Shown piece after piece: positions 48,369-56,483 of a stretch of 61,649 nt of DNA (position 1 is the first letter of the stretch; each line of letters begins with the position of its first letter). The stretch spans positions 1-61,649 of IMG/VR virus record IMGVR_UViG_3300033145_000568. One strand, written 5' to 3'. The position numbers and the translations under genes were made by a program. Source of the stretch: a virus (taxonomy: Duplodnaviria > Caudoviricetes). The notes beneath the pieces were generated by a model. It saw only the letters and a list, made by a program, of their open reading frames with translations. It was not told the DNA's origin and did no database searches.

Positions 48369-48443
48369 AGGGAGGGACGGGACTCGAACCCGCGATCCCC
48401 GGTGCCACAGACCAGTGCTACATGCCATCACAGCTACCCTCCC
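48369..48443 (-). tRNA. tRNA-His(GUG), atypical
   Basis: Acceptor GGGAGGG/CCCTCCC; anticodon arm CTGGT-CTGTGGC-ACCGG; T arm GCGGG-TTCGAGT-CCCGT; U73; no encoded CCA. Confidence 0.85.
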
Positions 48444-48458
48444 ATTCATCCTACCATC

Positions 48459-48575
48459 AAAGCGGCTGGCCAGATTCCCGCCTAGTTCCGGCTCCCGACA
48501 GCGCTTGGACCCCTATGGTAGTAAAGTGGGGCCAAGATCATGTCCCGCCCAGTGCTACCACACTGCAACCGCTCT
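48459..48575 (-). ncRNA. Cloverleaf-like ncRNA between the two tRNAs
   Basis: 10-bp closing stem, D-arm-like CAGTG-TGGTAG-CACTG, long central hairpin, weak T-like arm. Confidence 0.5.
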
Positions 48576-48576
48576 G

Positions 48577-48659
48577 AGGAGGAGACAGGAGTCGAACCTG
48601 CACGCCCGTTAGGGCACTCGGGCTCGGACCGAGGGCGATCCATTACGCTTTACTCCTCC
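48577..48659 (-). tRNA. tRNA-Ser(CGA), class II, atypical
   Basis: Acceptor GGAGGAG/CTCCTCC; anticodon arm CTCGG-TCCGAGC-CCGAG; variable arm GCCC-TAAC-GGGC; T arm GCAGG-TTCGACT-CCTGT. Confidence 0.8.
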
Positions 48660-48753
48660 ATGCAATCGTACAACATGGCGGCCTCAACACTGGCAAAACA
48701 GAAAAGATGGTTGCCTTGAGGTGATAGCCGTTGAAGCCGCCAAGCTTTGATGT

Positions 48754-49059
48754 TCAATCATCTCCAGCACTCTTGTCTTTCTTGAATAGCTTCTCCGCAA
48801 AAGGAGATGGAGGTAATACGCGCAGATCCACTGGAATCCCAAGTGTTGCATAGGCCAAAGCAATTTGCGACAATCCATGCGCCCATGATTGAATTCCAGC
48901 AAGAAGCATCGGAGTACCCACCGCTGCCTGCATTGGCCTTTGCTGCAGAAGCGCATTCAATGCCTTGAGTGTTTCACTCCCCGCTAATGGGGTTGGAGAG
49001 TGTGCCTGCGCAGTCCTTAACAGCACAGTCAGTTCTTCTTGTAGTTCAGTAATGGTCAT
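48754..49059 (-). CDS. Hypothetical protein
   Basis: GGAGG RBS. Confidence 0.6.
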   Translation of the reverse strand: MTITELQEELTVLLRTAQAHSPTPLAGSETLKALNALLQQRPMQAAVGTPMLLAGIQSWAHGLSQIALAYATLGIPVDLRVLPPSPFAEKLFKKDKSAGDD

Positions 49060-49320
49060 TTTCCTCCATGTGAGTCTTTTCTTCCGCCTTGCCCCTATCT
49101 CTGAAGGATTCTGCCTATTTCACCTTCAAATTCTCGCCAATCACATTCACGCATTCTCTTGTTGAATAGCCTTTCACAAGCACCGCTAGAATTCACCAAT
49201 GCCTGTATCTGTCTATTCAGCTCAAAATAGGATGCCCGCAGTGAGATCCCGGCAAGCGTCGCTATTGCCTGAGACATAACCTCAATACCCACCCCTCCCG
49301 TATTCGTGCATCGGGCAGGC

Positions 49321-49626
49321 TCAACTACGAGCATAATCCCTCACCTGTATACCATTCTCATCGCAACATTCGAGGCGTGCCCGCGCTTCGCGTTTTGCCT
49401 CACGCTCTGCTGCTACCATCTCTCTCTTTTCTTGATCAAAGTCTGTGAAGACACGCCCTTCTGGATCCTCACGGTTATCCCATACCCCGCCTAACCGGAT
49501 TCCACCACTTTCTTGATCAATGATTGCTTCCAACGCCAACCCCAAAGGATGGAAGAACAAGCGGTTTGCCTCTTGGAGATAACCTCGATCCCGAAACTCT
49601 TTGATGTCAATCCGCTTCACTGTCAT
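49321..49626 (-). CDS. Conserved phage hypothetical protein
   Basis: GYLQEANRLFFHPLGLAL..GVWDNREDPEG. Confidence 0.7.
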   Translation of the reverse strand: MTVKRIDIKEFRDRGYLQEANRLFFHPLGLALEAIIDQESGGIRLGGVWDNREDPEGRVFTDFDQEKREMVAAEREAKREARARLECCDENGIQVRDYARS

Positions 49627-49646
49627 CTACGGCCTCCTTCTATCTG

Positions 49647-49985
49647 TTATCGAATCTCGTAACCAGATATTTCTGCTCCATTCGACATCAGGATACCCAC
49701 ATGCACAAGCCCAAGCACAAACTTCCGCTTCGGGCCTGCCCCTGTTTCTACAACATCAAAATCAATGTCAGATATCTTGGCTCCGTTTTCTTTCTCCCAT
49801 TCGCGAACAAGAGGCTCTACCGCTTTATGGATTGCGGATTCCAATTGGCCGCGTGCCTTAATCACATCCTCAACATATCTATCCATCTGGAGCCTCCTTT
49901 TCATGTTATCAGCAGTATAGCATAAACTCCGATGTGATGCAAGGCGGGGCTTACCCTCAAAGCAATCTATCCATCGGACACTCAC
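49647..49985 (-). CDS. Hypothetical protein (likely start MDRYV)
   Basis: AGGAGG RBS before the internal ATG. Confidence 0.55.
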   Translation of the reverse strand: MSVRWIDCFEGKPRLASHRSLCYTADNMKRRLQMDRYVEDVIKARGQLESAIHKAVEPLVREWEKENGAKISDIDFDVVETGAGPKRKFVLGLVHVGILMSNGAEISGYEIR

Positions 49986-51297
49986 TGTTAATGCGCTTCC
50001 GCGCCATTTCTACATATTCTCCGTTCAATTCGATCCCAATATAGCGGCGTCCCTCTTGCTTGGCAACAACACCAGTCGTCCCTGCTCCAAAAAATGGATC
50101 GAGGACAGTACAAGAAATGCTGTCCAGCGGTGCCCATAAATCCAACAACCGTTGCCGTTCTTGACGTATAGGCTTACATCGTCCCTCATAAGCTTCATCG
50201 CTTTCATCTTTCCCTTGGCGTGGATACTCAAGCCACTGATCAACCTGCGGATAGTGATTGCAAGTAGGCCGCCAGCCAAGCGTTTCCGAACCAACAGGCT
50301 CTTTATAGCTTTGCCCTTGCGAGCCTCTGCTGTGCCGCGCAGTCTGTTTATCACCGAACCAATGCTCGTGAATATGATATTTTGTTTCCACTACTCTTTC
50401 CCACGGCGCACCACACTCAGGACAACAACCCCTTTCGCTTGATCCAGCACGGATACAGGGCCGAATCAAATCGGGAGGGTATACGGCAAAGTGGGCCTCT
50501 TTGAACGGCCTTGTAGCAATCGTCCAGACATCGCGTTTGTTGCGCGAAGAGCCATTGTATTCTTTATTCCGGCCCAGCCGCTTCTGCGCCATGTGTCCAG
50601 GTTGAATCCCTTGCGATTGACGTGGCGCAAACGTTGCCCCCTTGCCTGTCTTCTTGGCCCGTCGTGTAAATCCCTGCCCATAAGGGGACTTTATTGATCC
50701 TGGCGAGTTTGGTATCCCATAAGCAGCCGATTCCTTAATTGCCCGTTGATCGTAGTAGTACTTTTTCGACTTTGCCAGCAGGAAGATGTGTTCGTGGGAC
50801 TTTGTGGGGCGATCTGTTACACTTTCAGGCATCGGATTGGTTTTAACCCAAATGATCTCGCTTCTAAGGTACCACTCTTCTGCTTGAAGAGCAAAAGCTA
50901 CACGCCAAGGAATGCCAACAAGGTCTTTGGGCTTGAGACCAGGTGCATATTTGCCTGATGCTCGATCCGCTGGGTTCATAGAATCTGCGCCGATTACATT
51001 CCTGCGCCTACATTCCCATCCCCCAGCGTAGTAACTATCACCAAGGTTAAGGAAAAGCGTCCCATCATCCCTTAGCACCCGCTTGACTTCCCTAAAGATC
51101 TCCACAAGCCTTTCTACATACTCTTCGGGTGTCTTCTCACAACCCAGTTCCATCTTCTTGTCGGAATGATCTTCCGGCAAATATGACCGCAATCCCCAGT
51201 AGGGCGGAGAAGTAACACAACAATGCACAGATTGATCAGGCATCCCGCGCAACACCCCTAAAGCATCACCACAGACAATCTGATTTTCTCCGTTCAT
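49957..51297 (-). CDS. DNA amino-methyltransferase, beta class (N4-C/N6-A)
   Basis: Catalytic TSPPYW near the N-terminus; SAM-binding VLDPFFGAGTT near the C-terminus; HFAVYP. Confidence 0.92.
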   Translation of the reverse strand: MNGENQIVCGDALGVLRGMPDQSVHCCVTSPPYWGLRSYLPEDHSDKKMELGCEKTPEEYVERLVEIFREVKRVLRDDGTLFLNLGDSYYAGGWECRRRNVIGADSMNPADRASGKYAPGLKPKDLVGIPWRVAFALQAEEWYLRSEIIWVKTNPMPESVTDRPTKSHEHIFLLAKSKKYYYDQRAIKESAAYGIPNSPGSIKSPYGQGFTRRAKKTGKGATFAPRQSQGIQPGHMAQKRLGRNKEYNGSSRNKRDVWTIATRPFKEAHFAVYPPDLIRPCIRAGSSERGCCPECGAPWERVVETKYHIHEHWFGDKQTARHSRGSQGQSYKEPVGSETLGWRPTCNHYPQVDQWLEYPRQGKDESDEAYEGRCKPIRQERQRLLDLWAPLDSISCTVLDPFFGAGTTGVVAKQEGRRYIGIELNGEYVEMARKRINSECPMDRLL

Positions 51298-51315
51298 TCA
51301 TCCCTCCTCGCAGAG

Positions 51316-51344
51316 AGTATAGCATAATCTCTAATGTGGTGCAA
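51316..51344 (-). promoter_or_regulatory. Sigma70-type promoter for the MTase-terL operon
   Basis: TTGCAC-17 bp-TATACT with extended TG. Confidence 0.65.
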
Positions 51345-51615
51345 GCGTTTCGAGGATGACGCGAAATTCACGAACTACCCCCCCACCCCCGGCGTCGTAT
51401 AAGTGAATTGGGCCAAAAGGAATCTAACATACGCGCTTCTCCTTGCCCTCTTGCCCTCGATATTGCGTCACTCTCTCACCTTATCCTCATTTTATGTGAT
51501 CTTACACCCTGCACGGGTCACCATAGAACAGCGTACCTATGCACGGTAGCTCGACAGTACGTCACACTCTACCTATTGTGTGACATTGCGCACCTGGACA
51601 AGTATCCGAATGCTA

Positions 51616-51657
51616 TAGACACCACATACTAGTTAGTGATAGAATCCATGCGAGGTG
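51616..51657 (+). promoter_or_regulatory. Promoter + RBS cassette, copy 1
   Basis: TAGACA-18-TAGAAT then CCATGCGAGGTG. Confidence 0.6.
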
Positions 51658-51663
51658 GTACAG

Positions 51664-51840
51664 ATGGCAAACACAATCGGCTCGACGCGTGCGGATGTCC
51701 TGCAGGCATTGAAAAACATCGTAAAAAGAGACTCCAGTAACTGCGTATGGAATCCCGTTCAGCTTGACGACGGACGGTTTTTCGATCTCATGCGTCTAAA
51801 AGTAGCAATCGGAACGTATTACAAGCGAGATGAACAATGA
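51664..51840 (+). CDS. Hypothetical protein
   Basis: GAGGTG RBS. Confidence 0.55.
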   Translation: MANTIGSTRADVLQALKNIVKRDSSNCVWNPVQLDDGRFFDLMRLKVAIGTYYKRDEQ

Positions 51841-52124
51841 TGGCAAAAACAACTCGCGTCACCCCTGTAAACGATACACAACAGGGCGTTATAACAGGTT
51901 TTCAAGGATCCTTCGGTAGTGGTATCGCTACTCTATCGGTAGACGGTGTACCTGTTTACTGTGAGAACGGGCCCACAGTGCAAGCGTTAAACGCTTGCTT
52001 TGGATGCATTGCTGATGGTCATACGGTAGACGTGTCCGCTCTCATAGGGCAAACAATCGCGTACACAACCGATGATCTAGGTATGCTGGAAAGCTTCGCG
52101 CCTGCAGGGGGTGATGAGCTATGA
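51837..52124 (+). CDS. Hypothetical protein
   Basis: Coupled overlap. Confidence 0.65.
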   Translation: MMAKTTRVTPVNDTQQGVITGFQGSFGSGIATLSVDGVPVYCENGPTVQALNACFGCIADGHTVDVSALIGQTIAYTTDDLGMLESFAPAGGDEL

Positions 52125-52513
52125 TGAGCATAACAACGATTCAACGCATGGCAACTGAACAGGGAGACCTTGCAAGAGAACAGGGAAGGGAACCGCTACG
52201 CTTTCAATTTAACGACATCGGTATGTTCCCACCTTTCCCCTTTCCCTATCTCGGAGACTATATCCCCGAAGGTTACATCTCCCTGTTAGATGATGAAGGG
52301 GATCCCGTTACGCTTTTTTGTGATAGTACAGGATGGAGTAATGGTAATGAACCCGCCTTGTCAATCCCACAACTGAAGGAAAGGCTATACCGGCTACTCC
52401 TCTCGCATGGTCAAGTGACGCCAGAACATCATCATGCGCATCTCTATGGTGCTATTGTAGAGAGTGGAGAATGTCAGCTCATAGTTGCGCTATACACTAA
52501 GGATGGTGAGTGA
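52121..52513 (+). CDS. Hypothetical protein
   Basis: PFPFPYLGDYIPEG..FCDSTGW..EPALS. Confidence 0.65.
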   Translation: MMSITTIQRMATEQGDLAREQGREPLRFQFNDIGMFPPFPFPYLGDYIPEGYISLLDDEGDPVTLFCDSTGWSNGNEPALSIPQLKERLYRLLLSHGQVTPEHHHAHLYGAIVESGECQLIVALYTKDGE

Positions 52514-52773
52514 TGCTGAGACTCTATGCTGAGAACACACAAGCAGTACGCAAGATCGTTGACCGATCAATCCACAAGGGCCTTGACTGTACACGGTACA
52601 AGGGCAACGGATCCTATAAGGGAGAGAGCGAACGATCTCTCATAATTGAAACAACGGATGATAACTTACCCAAGATACGCTCACTCGCAACGTCAATCAC
52701 CACTGACACCATGCAAGAAGCGGTGTTGTTAGTGCGCGTAGCATCAGAAGTACTGGATCCTATTTGTGGATAA
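52510..52773 (+). CDS. Hypothetical protein
   Basis: GSYKGESERSLIIE..QEAVL. Confidence 0.6.
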   Translation: MMLRLYAENTQAVRKIVDRSIHKGLDCTRYKGNGSYKGESERSLIIETTDDNLPKIRSLATSITTDTMQEAVLLVRVASEVLDPICG

Positions 52774-52785
52774 TGGAGGGATAGA

Positions 52786-52911
52786 ATGCAAGCTCAGCAA
52801 TTACCAACAGTCACCATCGACGGGAAAACATACTTCATAGATCTCCGGTTGTGTGAATTGCGTAACGTGAACAATCCACACGACAAAGCAACGGATACGA
52901 TTGACGTATAA
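52786..52911 (+). CDS. Small 41-aa protein (not in ORF track)
   Basis: GGAGG RBS; LPTVTIDGKTYFIDLRLCELRNVNNPHD. Confidence 0.55.
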   Translation: MQAQQLPTVTIDGKTYFIDLRLCELRNVNNPHDKATDTIDV

Positions 52912-52924
52912 TACACCCACAAGG

Positions 52925-52952
52925 GGGGTGATGCCTTGCAAAGCATCACCCC
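52925..52952. terminator. Hairpin between convergent genes
   Basis: GGGGTGATGC-8 nt-GCATCACCCC. Confidence 0.6.
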
Positions 52953-52954
52953 TT

Positions 52955-53060
52955 CTCCCTGGTCTCTCTCCCTGGTCTCTCTCCCTGGTCTCTCTCCCTG
53001 GTCAGGCGAAATGGGCGGAATCAGGCGGAATGGGCGAAACTAGGCGGAATCAGGCGGAAT
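52955..53060. repeat. Tandem repeats: 13-bp CTCCCTGGTCTCT x3.7, then six GGCG(G/A)AA(T/C) units
   Basis: Read directly from the sequence. Confidence 0.85.
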
Positions 53061-53729
53061 GACCGTTCCTTCGATGTCAATAGGCTCATTCTTATCAGCC
53101 GCCGCGCGGAGTGCCTTTTGTGCCCTTCTAGCCCGCCTTTCGATCTCTTGCGCCTGGTCAAGATCCTCCGGGATATAGGCGTCAGGCGAATCATTGCGGG
53201 CGAATATCGCGGTCGCCTTGCCTTCAAGCAAACGACGGTGTCGTCCCGTCTCCGTTAGCGTTCTCATACCCTCGTTGATCACCGCTGAAAGCTCTCTCCC
53301 GGTCAATGCCTTGAGACGCGCCTCGGCTTCTATATGCGCCTCGATCGGAGCCTCTGGGGGTGGGAAGAGCAGTTCGAGCGAACTCAAAACGACCTTTTGG
53401 AGACGAAATTCAAGCTGTTTGAAAGCCGTAACATCATCACCTCTATCTTGAGCAAGAATTGCAGCCAGTCTTTCTTCTGTTGTTTGTGAAAGGCGCACAA
53501 AGTGAGCTACTTGCTTGTCTAACCACTTGCCGCCAGACTTGCCATTCCCGTGGGCCTCAACTGTCCTTATCGTTATGCCAAACCTCCTAGCCGCATCGGA
53601 CAAACTGACATTTGGCGTAGTAACAACCCATTTTTCAACGGCTTCCCAATCAATGCGACCTCTTTTTCTTGGCTTCCCGTTGATAGCTACGCCTTTTCTT
53701 GTCTGTATCTGCGTTTTGTTGGTGGACAT
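53040..53729 (-). CDS. Putative terminase small subunit
   Basis: RIDWEAVEK..SLSDAARRFGI..W HTH; helical middle; RLLEGKAT; C-terminal PIDIEG. Confidence 0.7.
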   Translation of the reverse strand: MSTNKTQIQTRKGVAINGKPRKRGRIDWEAVEKWVVTTPNVSLSDAARRFGITIRTVEAHGNGKSGGKWLDKQVAHFVRLSQTTEERLAAILAQDRGDDVTAFKQLEFRLQKVVLSSLELLFPPPEAPIEAHIEAEARLKALTGRELSAVINEGMRTLTETGRHRRLLEGKATAIFARNDSPDAYIPEDLDQAQEIERRARRAQKALRAAADKNEPIDIEGTVIPPDSA

Positions 53730-53735
53730 GCCCCT

Positions 53736-53764
53736 ATTTTATAAGCGCTAACTGCGCTCGTCAA
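53736..53764 (-). promoter_or_regulatory. terS promoter (leaderless)
   Basis: TTGACG-17-TAAAAT, then 6 nt to ATG; palindrome AGCGC-N5-GCGCT in the spacer. Confidence 0.65.
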
Positions 53765-53776
53765 GTAAATACGCCC

Positions 53777-53817
53777 TTGACAACTCTTAGATTTTGTGGT
53801 ATGATCCATGCGAGGTG
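53777..53817 (+). promoter_or_regulatory. Promoter + RBS cassette, copy 2
   Basis: TTGACA-17-TATGAT then CCATGCGAGGTG. Confidence 0.75.
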
Positions 53818-53824
53818 ATAGATC

Positions 53825-54979
53825 ATGATGCACAAAGTACAGACTGTACAAGCAAAACGCGGTTATGCACTTCCAGAGAATCAACTGGAAAACACCGTGC
53901 GGACGGTATCAGCAGATACCCTAGCCACAACCCAAAAAGCCATTACAGCAGCACGCAGGATGCTGGGCACACCCATTGCGCTACAAATAGGTGGAGACAC
54001 CCTGGCGGTTTTGCCTTACGCCCTGGGGAGACTGGCAAACACATTCGACAAAGACACACCACTAGGCATTCTGCCGCGCCCTGATTCCTTGCTCGTTACC
54101 TGGAGCGGCGGCTACATGCGCCTCAAAGCCCTTGATATGCCAGCGCACGAGACGCCGCGTGTATTGGACTTCGATCAGTTGGCCACACTAGCAAGCACAG
54201 GAGACACCGGAACGGAGATCGCCGCTAGAATTCTCGGAGATAGCGTTGAAGAAGCCAAAGAGCGAAAGCAGTTAGAGAAGATTGACGAAACCTGGGATGA
54301 GTGTGTCCTGCGTGGCGGCAACCTATACGCTTGGGTACATGGTGAAAGCCCCCGGCATTATCGGTATATCGGCCGCGATGACACTGAAGCAAGGGCCGCC
54401 GCTGCATTCAAGAGCGCGGGGAAGCTACAGAAAGCAGCGAAAGCTTATGCAAAGCTAGGTGGGGATTATGCCAAAGAGATTCGTGATTTGTTGATACAGG
54501 CACAAGCAAAGGTCATCAATGCGGCGTTGGATCTTTCCCCTGACTTCGACGAATTGAAGAGCACGCAGACTAAATACACGGAGATGTTCGCGAGCCAAGA
54601 GGGGTTACCAGATGATGTTCTGGCCGCTATCAAGGAACAGCAACAAGCCGATGATATCTGGATGAACTCCATGGGTACCGGACAGGACGACGACACATTC
54701 AACACATACATGGAGGCAAAGGAAAAGGCCAAAGCCATATTCATCGCATGGTCGAAGGTGGACCCGTCTATGAAAGCCTGGGGCTACGACAAGCCAAACA
54801 GTGCGGCCACAGTCTCCACGCGCCTACAGGCGGCAATAGAGGCACAGGGGAGGCTGCAATCGGCCAAAGACACCCTAGAACATTTAGAGAGGCAGGTCTT
54901 TGCAGTTGATAACCTGAATCAGGCGCTTACAGTTCCGGGCAAGCTATTCCAAGCACCCCAAAAGGGGGCAACAGAATGA
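53825..54979 (+). CDS. Hypothetical protein, 384 aa
   Basis: Long ORF after a strong promoter. Confidence 0.7.
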   Translation: MMHKVQTVQAKRGYALPENQLENTVRTVSADTLATTQKAITAARRMLGTPIALQIGGDTLAVLPYALGRLANTFDKDTPLGILPRPDSLLVTWSGGYMRLKALDMPAHETPRVLDFDQLATLASTGDTGTEIAARILGDSVEEAKERKQLEKIDETWDECVLRGGNLYAWVHGESPRHYRYIGRDDTEARAAAAFKSAGKLQKAAKAYAKLGGDYAKEIRDLLIQAQAKVINAALDLSPDFDELKSTQTKYTEMFASQEGLPDDVLAAIKEQQQADDIWMNSMGTGQDDDTFNTYMEAKEKAKAIFIAWSKVDPSMKAWGYDKPNSAATVSTRLQAAIEAQGRLQSAKDTLEHLERQVFAVDNLNQALTVPGKLFQAPQKGATE

Positions 54980-55404
54980 ACACTCTACAAATCAGCATCG
55001 TGGCAGAACCGACACCAAGAGCAGGAGGGCCAAAGATCACTGAAGCATCTAGCGCGGCAAAGATGTTTGACACTGTCCGCGATATAAACCAAGAGGCGTT
55101 CGTGGTTGCTAGTCTTGATGGCCAGAACAAAGTTATAGGCAATCCTCGCGTAATCACACTAGGCTTGCTGAATTCCAATCAAGTGCACCCGCGCGAGGTG
55201 TTCGCGCCCGCTTTGATGGATCGAGCTGCAAGCATCATAGTGGCTCACAATCACCCCAGCGGCACGCTTGAAGCAAGCCCGGAAGATGTCGCACTCACTG
55301 ACCGGCTTGCCCGCGCTGGTAAGCTTCTCGGGATCCCGTTGCTTGATCACATCATCATGACCCGTGATAGCCATCTGAGCATGAAGCAGGCAGGCTATCT
55401 GTAG
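54976..55404 (+). CDS. RadC-like JAB domain protein
   Basis: QEAF..VHPREVF..VAHNHPSG..SPED..LLDHII. Confidence 0.9.
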   Translation: MNTLQISIVAEPTPRAGGPKITEASSAAKMFDTVRDINQEAFVVASLDGQNKVIGNPRVITLGLLNSNQVHPREVFAPALMDRAASIIVAHNHPSGTLEASPEDVALTDRLARAGKLLGIPLLDHIIMTRDSHLSMKQAGYL

Positions 55405-55455
55405 GACACAATTCCCGCGCCAGTCCGGGCAAAGGCTGGTGAGGAGATCAAGATC

Positions 55456-55779
55456 ATGACAGACACAAAACACACGCCGATACCGTGGGTAATCAGCAAA
55501 GTTGGCAATAACTATGACGAGTACATGATTTACGAGGAAGATGGCCCCGTTGTTGGGGGTCATACTGTTAGGGGCCATAACGTTTGCAACACGGTTTACG
55601 GTGAGGCTAACGCCGCCTTTATCGTGAAGGCGTGCAACGAATACGATGAGCATGTCAAGGCTATTAGTCTTGCCATCCGTACGATCAACGACACACTAAG
55701 GCACGGCACTACGGAAAGCGTGCTAGAAGAGCTGGTGAGCCAGATTCTACTTCCATCTATCCAACAGGAGGAATCGTGA
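55456..55779 (+). CDS. Phage protein of the HTPxPW...ANA family
   Basis: KHTPIPW..EANAAFIVKACN. Confidence 0.65.
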   Translation: MTDTKHTPIPWVISKVGNNYDEYMIYEEDGPVVGGHTVRGHNVCNTVYGEANAAFIVKACNEYDEHVKAISLAIRTINDTLRHGTTESVLEELVSQILLPSIQQEES

Positions 55780-56168
55780 ATAAAGACCCGGAAAGCATAT
55801 TCGGCCCAGTGGTATCGGTCTACACGCGAGAGCAAGCGATCGCCGATGGTGTACTTGTTGATGTTACTAAAACGGCGAAGGAGGCAGGTTTTACGGTCCC
55901 GGTAGCGGTAACGGATCACGTGTGGGGCGAAGTAATAACCCCACGCGACCAGCAACGCAGCACAGGCCAGAGTGAGGCCGGCAGGCTTTGGGATGTGCTG
56001 TCAGTGCTGCGCTATGCGGTGAAGGCTTCCCAAGAAGATGGAGCGTTGCTCCTCTTCAAGGTCTTGATGCAAGACGCATATCGCCACTACGTGCAATTGA
56101 AGTCAGAGATAGGCCCAGGAGACCACGGGGAGCCCGTTATTACAATCATGCTGCCAGGCGAAGACTAG
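55776..56168 (+). CDS. DUF6573-like protein
   Basis: FGPVVSVYTREQAIADGVLVDV..GRLWDVL..GPGD.GEPVITIMLPGED. Confidence 0.75.
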   Translation: MNKDPESIFGPVVSVYTREQAIADGVLVDVTKTAKEAGFTVPVAVTDHVWGEVITPRDQQRSTGQSEAGRLWDVLSVLRYAVKASQEDGALLLFKVLMQDAYRHYVQLKSEIGPGDHGEPVITIMLPGED

Positions 56169-56215
56169 CGCACCAATAAAGGCCCGCCGGGAGCCTATCC
56201 CGGCAAGGAGACAAC

Positions 56216-56449
56216 ATGGTGACTAACGGTTGGACTGAACTAGCAGAGAGGCACCGGGCGCTATTGAAGGCCGCGAAACAAGCACACCAAGACCTCGTGA
56301 GCACCGATGGCGGGGACTGGCAGATTGCCCAACTGACACTAGCGGAGGCGATCGCCGCCGAATCCAACATTCAGGGCAAATCTGATCGAATGAGAGGGGC
56401 AATGAATCCAGGCGAACAAGCGAAGCCGTCCCCAGGTGGGGGCAAATAG
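56216..56449 (+). CDS. Hypothetical protein
   Basis: AAGGAG RBS. Confidence 0.55.
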   Translation: MVTNGWTELAERHRALLKAAKQAHQDLVSTDGGDWQIAQLTLAEAIAAESNIQGKSDRMRGAMNPGEQAKPSPGGGK

Positions 56450-56483
56450 GCGAATTAACAACACACAACGGAGGTGAGCCAAG

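Noticed and set aside
49957-51297. Restriction-modification system or intein in the MTase
   Set aside because: No adjacent restriction enzyme; the Cys-containing insert lacks intein terminal motifs
52955-53060. CRISPR array
   Set aside because: Repeats are 9-13 bp and contiguous, with no spacers and no cas genes
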